From: Balanoglossus misakiensis | Taxonomy: Eukaryota; Animalia; Hemichordata | Assembly: GCA_040954595.2 (NCBI GenBank) | Contig: CM082594.2 | Span: forward strand, 9,490,296 to 9,554,295 | DNA: 64,000 nucleotides | Direction of reading: 5' to 3' | Shown here: piece by piece, positions 14,501-26,500 of the stretch | Position numbering within the stretch: position 1 is the stretch's first letter | How the letters are laid out: every line of letters starts with the position of its first letter | Position numbers and translations under genes: made by a program | Notes under the pieces: model-generated | Databases searched by the model: none | What the model saw: the letters and a program-made list of their open reading frames with translations, nothing else | What the model was told of the DNA's origin: nothing

Positions 14501-17500
14501 GTCAACTGTCAACCTTTTCAAACTTTTGAATATTTTGTTCTTGTTTCATCCATCCATTTTGAGTCTATCCTGTTTCCTTTGTTTTGTTGCATTCCATTGT
14601 CTTTGCAATTTTGCAATCATCTTTTCCACCCTTTGTCATTGTGTTCTCATCAGTGTGTCGATATCTTCAACAAGCAAACCTGTCACTCATATCTCTATGT
14701 CAACATTTTTCGAGCATTTTTCGAGACATCTCCCTCCCATCTGTTAAAGGTCCGGATGTTAAAATACTGATGATTACCATGAGACGATCTCTGAAAAGCT
14801 TCCACTTTCCTTCCTCTGTTCACTTATCCAGCATGTGCACACATGTAACATGCACACCTGGACTGGTACACCTGGGATTTTTTTGGTGTGAAAGTTAATT
14901 CCCATGCATTCAGGTATGCATGGGATATCACTTTGGCATTACGTATTTCATCCAAGAAAATGTTACATGAACACCAATATATTGCGCTTGAAAATCTCAT
15001 GTGTATGGATAACACATTCTGTTTTTCCACAGATGTTGTTATTATCGATCTGAAAGTGGATCTTCCTCCTGAGGCTATGACTATCGAAGGGTTGACAAAC
15101 AACAAAATCACATTTGATGTCATCGGATTGTACAATGAAATCAGTACCAGTCTAACTGGGGAAAACTTGTGGCGAATGAACGTCTTTGGCAGCAAAAGTC
15201 CTGATGGCACCAAGGGGAAAAAACACTCGTTAGTTCGAAACGCTTTAGACGAGGACCAAGTGGACACACCTGTGACGCTTGGCTCACCTTTAACCTTCCT
15301 GGATGTGATGGCGAATATGGACATGAAGAATTTGCTTTGCAGTGATCTAAAGTATCTTTGCGTGAAACTGATCAAAGATCCAAAATCAAAGCCTAAATTT
15401 GAATTTGAAGGGCAACCACCCGAAGTTCTACAAGCATGTGCAGAACTTCCATGTAAAGGTAAGCGTCAGAAAAGGTTCTCTCAGTCTTCCATTCTGTAGA
15501 GGTGCATGCAAAAGGAATAACTTTCAATGACCAGGCTGAGTTTGATAGTAAAATCAACCAAAAAATGGGAGCTATTAGTATACTAACACCAATGATCTTT
15601 GAATCCTTTTATTTCTAGGTGTGATAATCACAGGAAATACAGTAAGTGTTCCTGATGGCACCATGGTACAAGAGAACACACCCTTCAACCCTATAAGTCT
15701 TGGTATAACCTACGAAAGTGACCCTCAGGGTTCATCCATATTCGGTACGGACCTTTGGAAACTAGAGCTGTATGGTAACCCAAGACCAGACGGAACAGGT
15801 AAACCGGTTCCCATAGAAACCCAGGCTCTGTCTCCAGTGCAACGTAGCCAGGCGCTGGCAGGCGGTGTGCCGATTGAGTTTTCACCGATTTCCACAAATG
15901 TCGACATGACTGGCATTGCCTGTGAAGATGTGCCGTATTTCTGTATGACGTTGTCCAAAGGCAATAAGCCAAGCCGAGAGTTCACTCTGACTGGGGATCC
16001 TGACGAGCGCGTCTTCACTGGATGTGCTGCTATTCCCTGCAAACGTAAGTTGCAATATAGCTGTCCACTCTGACTGAATTATCTGTATTTTAAACATCTG
16101 TTTTGAGGTCCAAACTTCCAGATCTCAGGGCTACACTATAGTTTTGGGGTCTGCACTTTTGGATAACCACTCTTAACTACTGCATAAAGGGGCAAGACTA
16201 CACTTTCTATGTCTGAACTGTAATTTCTTAGGTACCCCTGAAAAAGAATTTTACTTTTCAGAGATGATCATTATTTTTTTTAATCTTCCCTCCAGCAAAT
16301 AATCAACTGAATGTGGTTGACACAAAGTTGAACATCGATCCGCTGCCTGAGGTTAAAGAAGGAAGCCCGACCAACCCCGTGGACTTCAGCGTTGACGTGA
16401 CTTCTGATCCGACAAGTACGGACATCGACGGCGACGACTTGTGGAAGTTGAAAACATTGCTGAGTACCTCTCCTGATGCCAGCACAGACCGAGAAGTCCT
16501 CAGCGAGGACGTGTTGCCGCCACCAGACAAGGACAAGGACTTGCCGTCAGCCTCCACTATCAAGTTCCCTGACTTGACCACGAATGTCGACATGAGAAAC
16601 AAAGACTGCGATGAAGCCAAATACTTCTGTGTTGAATTGAGCAAAGATCCTGCAGCTGATCCAGACTATACGATGACAGGACGATCTCAAGATTTAGTAG
16701 ACTGTGTTCCTATGGATTGTACTGAAGGTAAAGAATGTTCGAACTTAAATTGGCCTCTGTATATCGAAACATTCTCTGTTCATAGTGACAAATTCAATCT
16801 TCGTTATGTACAAAATAAGTGTTTCAATGTATGAGAATATCTGCAGTTATCATCTTTTCTATTTTTGTTATTTTTTCCTGTAGCTGACAAGGAGTTAAAC
16901 GTGATCGACACAGATATAAAAGTAGATGAGCCACCTGTCGTTGAAGAAGGCACACCATCAAATCCTATCGACTTCGACGTTGACGTGACTTCTGACCCAA
17001 GAAGTGACGACATTGACGGTGATGACTTATGGAAAGTTAGAACACTACTGAGTTCGACTCCGGACGGACAAACAGACCGAGATATCCTCAGCGAAGATGT
17101 GTTGCCCCCACGAGACAAAGACAAAGACCTGCCGTCAGACTCAACTATCACTTTCCCCGACCTGAATACAAATGTGGACATGAGAAACAAAGACTGCGAT
17201 GAAGCCAAATACTTCTGTGTTGAAATGAGCAAAGATGACAGAGCCAATCCTGATTACACCATGACAGGACGACCTGAAGATTTGGTAGACTGTGTTCCTC
17301 TGGACTGTAAAGAAGGTATCTCCAAACTATGATTTGATATTCACCTTTGAACACCACGATTTTTCCTGCCAAAATTCTGGTACAAAATTTTCTTATTTTG
17401 CATATTTTTCTCAAATTTTTTCCTTAATTTTGGACCAAGTTGACATAATTTTTCATTGGCAGCCGTTTTTGATTAACATTTCAGAAAAATTACAGAAAAA

Positions 17501-20500
17501 GTTATGAGGGTTAATTTTGTGAAAGTGTTTCAATGAATGAGAATATCATCATTTCTATTTTTAATATTTTTCCCTGTAGCTGACAAGGAGTTAAACGTGA
17601 TCGACACAGATATAAAAGTAGATGAGCCACCTGTCGTTGAAGAAGGCAAACCATCAAATCCTATCGACTTTGACGTTGACGTGACTTCTGACCCAAGAAG
17701 TGACGACATCGATGGTGATGACTTGTGGAAAGTGAGAACACTACTGAGTTCGACTCCCGACGGACAAACAGACCGAGATATCCTCAGCGAAGATGTGTTG
17801 CCCCCAAGAGACAAAGACAAAGACCTGCCGTCGGACTCAACTATCACTTTTCCCGACCTGAATACAAATGTGGACATGAGAAACAAAGACTGCGATGAAG
17901 CCAAATACTTCTGTGTTGAAATGAGCAAAGATGACAGAGCCAATCCTGATTATGCCATGACAGGACGACCTGAAGATTTGGTAGACTGTGTACCTCTGGA
18001 CTGTAAAGAAGGTATCTATCATTTTTTCTTGCCAAATGCTGGTGCCAAATTTCCTTATTTTTGCACATTTTTCTCTCATTTTTCCTTTATTCCTCATGCC
18101 GAGTATTTTCAACTGTGAATATTCATCTGAACTTTATTTTTTCGTATTTTCCAGAGGATAAACCTGTCAATGTGGTCGAGACAGACCTAACTCCTCACAG
18201 TAATTATCCAGTCAAAGAGGGATCGCCGAACAACCCAGTTGATTTTGACGTACAACTGGAGTCTGATCCGACGGGAGGCGACGCAGACGGAAACAACCTG
18301 TGGAAAGTGAAAACGTTCACCAGTTCGACACCAGATGGTCGCAACGACAGAAATACGCTTGACGAGCAGACCCTGAGGCCGACTCAGTCGGATCAAGATT
18401 TGCCTGCCGGCGATTCCACAACCTTTTACAACCTGCGAGCAAACGTGGACATGACAACTCTGAAGTGTGGTGAAGTCGACTACCTGTGCGTAGAAGTCCA
18501 AAAGGAATACAATGCTGATCCTGATTTTGACTTGCAAGGAAGTCTTGTGGACTGTATACCCTTACGGTGCACTAAAGGTTTGTCTGTTGCCATGGGGACG
18601 CGTCGATTCTACCAGCCCCTCTGCTAGTGGTCATCTCCTCTGCCCGCTTAGTTTGGGTCTGACCTCGGCGCCTTCAGTGGTGTAGTTAGAGAGCCACACA
18701 ATATTGAGAAATTGGAGGAGGTTTAGGAGACAGGGTTTCCACTGAAAGGGCTTTCCTCCATCTCTGCCAATCGATCAAAAACGCTTCTGATGTTTTTATG
18801 TATGCTAGTATCTTGGTACAGCAGTTTGTGTCCTCTATATCATTGCTTTCCAAACTCTGATGAGCACTCTGGTTCCAACCCCTGAAACTTCTTTTCAGCC
18901 CCCATCCACTTTTGTCGTCTGTGAAATTGGCCAAAGGTGCCAGATCCTCTTGTGTCACTCCCATCATAGAATCACAGTTTCTACACTGCTGTAGACTGTG
19001 AAGTTCTTTTACCAGCTCCTAACCACTTGCAGCATACGGAATCGTGGTTCTGGTGAAGGTTCTTTAAGTGGTTGAGGCACCCTTTCTTTTCCATTGATTT
19101 CACATACGGAGGTCGCTCTTCCGGATCTGTAGGCCTTTCTGCATACATTTACATTCCCACCACTGACTTCACCACTGTGTCCTCAGACTATACACTTTCT
19201 GTCACTTAAATCTCAGACAGGTGAACTTTTCAGCACTGTGCCAAGTGGTATCCATGCTCGAAAGAAGATGGTCCTACTGCATGCAGAGATGATCGTACAT
19301 GTACTTTGTTACAAACACACACATCACACATTCCCCTCCCCCACAAACAGCTGAGTATTACCGTGCATGCCTCCACTGTAGACAACACAATTTTGTCTTG
19401 CACAACATTCCACGTTTAGTCACAACACAGGTTCCAACAACTGCAGCATCGATGGGCCACCGCTATTACTGTGAAACCGTTTTTCTCTTTACAGTGTGTA
19501 TTTTCAAAATGTTTTTAAACTGTTGTAAATCATTGATAAGTTTTTTGACTGTTTTCAGTTGTCACCTAATCTGTTTTGTCTTCTGCTTTTTTTTCATGAA
19601 ATCTGATTATCAGGAGGTGATACGGTGAGTAATTTCATCATTTTCAACGCCATAGTGATTTTCCTTTGCTGTTGTGATAAAAGTCATTAGCAAAAACGAA
19701 AATGTAGATAGATTTGTAGAGTGGACAAAGAACATTGGAATAATGATGATCAGTTAAAGATCAGATTTTTGCCATAACTTGCATGTGGTTTGATTGGCAT
19801 GATAATTTTCATTTGGATGGACTGGACAATGCCAATTTACTATTGTCACAAGCATTTTCATTTTTATTTTCATGAAGACATTGGTTTTAATTGGCATGAA
19901 CATGCATGTCTGTTAGAATGTCTTTTGATTGCTGTGAAAGTGTTTAGTGTTTTGCATGATGAGGCAGTTTCCTTTTAAACCATGTTGAGTTACTATGGTT
20001 ACTCAATCAGTTGCCATGACAAAATTGCCTTGTTTGCTAGCGAACAATCTTGTTGCGATGACAACAATGTAAGTTTCAACAAAAACGACAGCATTTACTT
20101 TGTGATCCATCTCTGAGCAGAATTTTATCAGCATGGCTATACACTCAAATTGATTAGTTCAGAAAATTAAATTTGATAAACATGACATTATTTTTTTTAC
20201 CTTAATTAGCATGATTTGATTAGCATGACGTTGATTGATTTGATTTTGCATGACAATGAGTTTTTCATCTTGATTAGCATGACATCAGTTGATTTGATTT
20301 GATTTGTTTTGACAAATTAATATTGCTATGACAACAATATAGCGTACAATTTGCATGTTATTGTAATTACAAATGATTGAAATTGCTCCAAGTTTCTTCT
20401 GTTTGATCTACATTACAATTATGTTAGTTTGATGGTTCTGGTATACGAAACCCCCTGGACACATCATATACGTTTAACCAAATCTATCCGAAACTCTGGG

Positions 20501-23500
20501 TAACTTGTGGGTGGAAAATGTCTGCATGGGAAGTGTCTTGGGGGTAACCGTCTTGATTGATTCAAAGAATATCTCCATGACATACACAATTAGGAAAGTT
20601 TGGTGCCATGGTAACAATGTGGTTCCATGACAACAAAATGGTTGCAACGACAAACAGTTTGACTGGCATGACAAAGGGTTTATAGGACATCAGTGACGAG
20701 GTTTGCATGGGGTTTGATTGGCATGACAACAAACTTATTTTGTTTGGCATGACAACAAACAAGTTGATTTACTGCACAAGATGATTGCCATGACAACATT
20801 CAATTAGATTGCCACAACAATGAAACATATTGATTGCCATGACAATTGGTCTTGTTTGATTGGCATGACAACATATACCTTTGATTGCTGTGACAATGTA
20901 CTATTTGATTGCCATGACAACATTTGTTTCCAATTATTTTATCCACTTGGCAGCCTGATCAAGGAGAGAAAGGAGATCCAGGTGAAGTGGTGAGTGTCGG
21001 GTGAAATGCCAAAAAAAAAAAAAAAAACTAAAAAAATATGAAGTCTGTGTTTTCAGTTATTGTCAATGGATAAAATATGCATACACAATCTCAGGTTGGG
21101 TGGTGATACGAGATATGTTCTGATCATTCTGTCAGAACACATTACTGCCCCAGTGCATTTAACTGAATATTCTTCCCTCTCCTTCCTATACACACATATC
21201 AAATCAACACCCACCTTCCCCAGACATCAAACCAAGACAAATATGCCAATACTTTCCCCTCATATCAAACCAAGCCTCAAAATACACCCCCTGAAAAATC
21301 AGATCATATCTCTCACCACATGGACGTGCACCAACCTAGATTGATATGTATGCAAACTTGCACTGCTTTGAATCACATAATGACATTTCTTGGGATAGGT
21401 GAAAGTTTATTACAGCATTACTGTTGTGCAATCCACATTGCCAGTATTTTACGTTTTTTTTACAAATTACATTCTCATAATTATACAAATTATGATACAA
21501 TGTGCGTTGGACAACAGTGTTTCTTTGAAAGATGTTGACCTCTATGTCTCTTGTCTTTTGTCACAAATGATCCCTCAGTCCTTGTCATCAACTCTATAAC
21601 CATTTCATCATCAAGTAATTCCTTATTTTCCAATTCCATATACCTATAGTACAACTTCAAATCAGCAATGCCTGCAACTTTTTTGATATTTTATGTCAGT
21701 ATTTTGCTCCCTATAGCAACATGCATTTCAACATGCTTCAAAGAGTAGAACATTTAATATACATGTATGGGGGAAATACAACAAATACGACATTCGATAT
21801 CAAAAAGTTACAGCTGGCTCCCATCTCTTTAATGTGTGTGAAGTATAAAAACCTGTTTATTAAAAGAAATCTGTCCTTACTAGAGAGGTGTCCTGATTAG
21901 AGTGGTTTCTATAGAAAGATGTGTTCTTTGTGGTTTCTTTGTGGGAAAAAATAATACCTGTTTCAACAACAGTTTGGTAGTACATGCTTCAATGTGCACT
22001 GCTGTAAACTGAAAGTTGATGTTTTATTTTTTCAGCCTGATGGAAACGGACCAATTGGTGAACCAGGAATACCAGGAGAGACGGTAAGTCTTTTCCTAGA
22101 TTTTGATGAAATCTGCCCTCATCTTTTTTCCATTAAACACTTGGGGAATGCCAAGTTTTTTTTTCCATGGAAAATTCAAAACATTGAGACAGCTTCATTT
22201 GTTTTAGCCATCAATACAAGTTCTTTATTCTGCAGTTGTTAGTCGTTTGAAATTTGAAAACTATCTGTGACCTGCAATATGACACAACAGCACTGAACAA
22301 CAATTTTAACATTTTCTGTTTTAGGGCCCAAGAGGACCAGCAGGTTCCAGAGGCCCATCAGGACCACCCGGACCTCGAGTAAGTAAAATCCTCTCCTGGT
22401 TTCGTTTTAACGGTATTTGCTCATATTTTGCTAACTATGTCAAATACATGACTGTACAATGTATGTAGTCAGCTGCAGTACAAAGCCTTCAAATTCTATG
22501 CAACTCATCTTAGAAGCTGCTTGGCGAATTAAAATGAATCACTTTGTTCGTTTCCTTTGCAGGGTGACCAAGGTAATCCAGGACGAGATGGCAGACCAGG
22601 TCAGCCTGGACCACCAGGCCCACCCGGACCCCAAGGTATTGGATCATCACCCTCAGGTGGCGGTGAGAAAGGTCCCGGATTTGGCCAAGTTCAACAACCA
22701 GTTGCTATGATGCCAGGTCCTTCTGGACCAAGAGGTCCCACTGGCCCTCCAGGTCCAAGAGTAAGTATACAAGGGGCAAAGTTGCTCTCTTTTTGGGGTA
22801 TCTTGGTTTCTTTTGATATACATGTACATTTATATTTGTATAAGTCATTGTAATATTAGAGTGCGATTTACAATTGAAGCAAATCTCACGGTTTTGGCTG
22901 GCATGTTGTAAACCACACAACTTGAAGACGCGTATATGCTCTGAGGCATAGCACCAGGCTAATTTATAAACATCGTCAGAGCCATTTTGCAGACACACCT
23001 TCACTAATTTTGTTCCACCATGAATTTCTCCAAGTCTAGCGTTGTTTTTAAACCGTTAATCTAGCAGGGAACATGTCATTAACAATGACTTTTTCCTTGC
23101 CCAACAGGGATCACAAGGTTTTGCCGGTCCACCAGGTGAACCAGGAGAGATGGGACCACCAGTAAGTATATTTTTCTTGAGAATCTTTTATTTGTTTAGG
23201 CATATTGGGTTATTTTATACCCGGAAAACTTTCATATTTTGATATTGTAATAATAACCTATATCAGTGAGGGCTTGTTTATGGGCCTTAAATATTTGTAC
23301 ACATCACAAAAGCGAAAAATGCAAAATTGATCAGTTTTTAATGATTTTTTTCTGTAGGGTTTGATGGGTCCTCGCGGTCAACAAGGTCTTACAGGTGATC
23401 CAGGTGAAGAAGTAAGTGAAATTCAACTTTTTAAAGTGTAAATGAGTTTAAAACTGTCATATGCACATGAGTGATGATTCAAGCTTTGATAATCATTGGC

Positions 23501-26500
23501 TTTGCATGTTACTGTAACATCGTGGCACTTTCACAGTTTAAATATATCCTGTTGCTTTCCTAGGGTGAACGTGGTGAAGATGGTAGACCCGGTCCCCCAG
23601 GTCCAGTTGGTCCCCAAGGTGGGCGTGGTTCCTCAGGACTTCCCGGAATGCCAGGACCTAAGGGTCACAGGGTAAGCTGTATTCTTATCCTTTGATGATG
23701 TGGAAACGTGAGCTTAAAATGATGTGCTTTATGCTTATTAAAAGTATTGGGTGTGTACCCGGTAATGCTATTTTGGATATGAGCCCTGGCGCTTTGTATT
23801 TAAAATTCACAGCGTTCAGTGTTTGCTCTGTCTACAAATGTAGTTTGTCTGTGCAAGGCATTCAGGGAAATGGGAACTTGTAGTTGTCACTGATGGTTGA
23901 TTCTTTTGTTTTTATGTCACCAGGGTTGGAATGGAAACGATGGAAAACCAGGTGAGGCAGGAGCACCAGGAGATCGGGTAAGTCCTAATTAACCCTCCCC
24001 CCCCCCTCCCACTACTAAAAGTTAGTTCAGTCCACATTGTTTGCAGTGGAATTTGTGGAGCATACACATGAAAATGGGGGGAGACTGAATTGCATGTCGT
24101 CTGCAGTATTATAAACAGATAATACTAGTACATATATAAATCACCAAAAGTTGTACTACTAATTTGAAAGTATCTGATTACTGTTACTGTCATGAACTTG
24201 TTGGATGTGCTTTTCCAATCACTTTGAAATGCTGTGAAGCACAGTCTCTGATACATTACCCTGATGTAGGTATCTTGAGGATCGTGACTGAAAGTTCACA
24301 GCAAAAAATTGTTTTTGTTTTAGAAAGTTGTCTTGATAAAAAGAGATGGTCTTGATGACAAGCTTACAGGATAACTGTCAAGTGTTTAATATTTTGATTT
24401 TGTTTGGTTACAGGGTGAAAGTGGTTCCCCTGGACAATCAGGTTTACCTGGACAACCGGTAGGTGCTGAACTTTGGAAAGAAGTTCATCCATGCAGATCT
24501 ATCGAGAAACAATGCCGTTGATTGGATTAATTGACTGCTGTGAAATCCTTTGATTGGGCCAATTTGTTGAAATACAGGATCATTTATGGGCCTTGGAATA
24601 ATGTTAGAATTTATGTAATAGTTTTCAAAAGGGATAGTATTTAATATAATGTTTTTGATACATTCACTTGTAGGGATCAAGAGGATTGCCAGGCGAAAGA
24701 GGAAACCCAGGAAGTAATGGAGAACCTGTAAGTAACAAATGTCCCACCTTAAGTTAGCTTTTATGCCTCTGTATATATGAAGATTTGTGATCATTTGATT
24801 ATCATCAACTTTAATACAAAACAGACTTGAGAAAAGATATAATCACTTTGCAAATCACTACCAGATTTTTCCCTTGGCCAATAGTCTGCATAAAGAGAAC
24901 TGTGATTGAAATATTACCCGGACAAACACTGTGATGTGTGTGATACTGACAATTAAGACATAAAATGTATCTTTTCTTGCAGGGAGCAAGAGGATCTGAT
25001 GGCCCACCTGGAGCTTCAGGACCACCGGTAAGTACAATCTGTCAACAGAAAGGGTTCGTTGTCTCACAGCTGAATGTGCCTTGTTTTGGTCTGACCTTTG
25101 TGATAATTAATCAACTGCATAATATTCATTCATAATGTTTGTACTAATGTTACTTGCTTGTAGTTTTGAATGAGTTCTTCGTGTCTGGACTGTTTTTAGG
25201 GATCACCAGGTCAGTCAGGACAACCAGGATTTCCAGGCAGTCCAGGAGCAAAGGGAGAATCAGGAAAACCCGGAAACACAGGTCCATCCGGTCCACAAGG
25301 TGCCAGAGGAGAGGCTGGTCCAGTCGGTCCACCCGGATCTTCCGGTCAAAGAGTGAGTAACGTTTGAATTTAACAAAAGCAGCAATGTAGGTTTACTTAG
25401 CAGTGAACAGTTAAATGTTTACTAACTGTTTTTTTATGTTTGATTTCTGTGAAATGGAATTTTTAATCAGACACCCTGGAACCTGTGTACATTAGAATTT
25501 TTTCAATGAATATTCTATCTCTCCCTATTAGGGTCCACCTGGTGTAAATGGCGTTCCCGGAGGCAAAGGTGAAACTGTAAGTATAAATGATCATTGCTGT
25601 ATCCTGTCAGTACGTCACTTTGTAATACTGTGCTTTATATCACAAAACTATGCTGTCAGATTATTTTGTGGTACTATTTTAAACTCAAAAATATTTTGGA
25701 TGCCATGCACTCATAAGACAAAATATATCAATTATTAATTATCAAATTCTCTCTTTCTTTCCCAGGGTTCTTCAGGTATGCCAGGTTCACCTGGTTTTCA
25801 AGGACCACCTGGCGCACCTGTAAGTACATTATATCTCTTCCTGATTGGCTCGATTTCAGATTTTTTATCCTCTAAGGATCACTGCATTGGCTGTTAAACT
25901 CAAAACTTGATTTAGTGGGTTACAAAGCTTGTACATGTTCAAGAATGGTGTGCTTTTTTCACTAACTTGCTAACAATTATTATTTTTCTTGTGTGATTTC
26001 AGGGTATTGCAGGAAGTGCTGGTCCAACTGGAGCCAAAGGTTCTCAGGTAAGCCTGAAATATGAACCACTTTAATAATAAACCACTGGTGCTGTGAATGG
26101 ATCCTTATCTTTGAAGTCACCGTAATTCACATTTCATGACAACATATTGACTGTGTTCGTCTCAAAAAATAATTGAAACATGCACATTTTTATCGATAAA
26201 TTTATGGCAAAACGATTGATCTTTTTATTTTCCAGGGAGACCCAGGTATTAGTGGAATGAAAGGAGAACAGGGCCCATCTGGTCTGCCAGTAAGTACTCT
26301 ATTGATTTTATGTAGATATTTATGACCTTACAAGAATTGAATATAGTCTGATCACGATTTCTGTTTGCATCCACCATTTTGAATTGATATTTTCGCTTGT
26401 TCCTCCATGGGTAACTTTAGAGGGGTCAGACTTGCAAGTTTCAGACAGAGCAAGAAGAAACTTTTCGTATTTTGTCTGTATATATAATCATCAGTTAGTG

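Noticed and set aside
14824-18537. Long minus-strand ORFs over the SURF region
   Set aside because: They are antisense shadows of the + strand coding exons.
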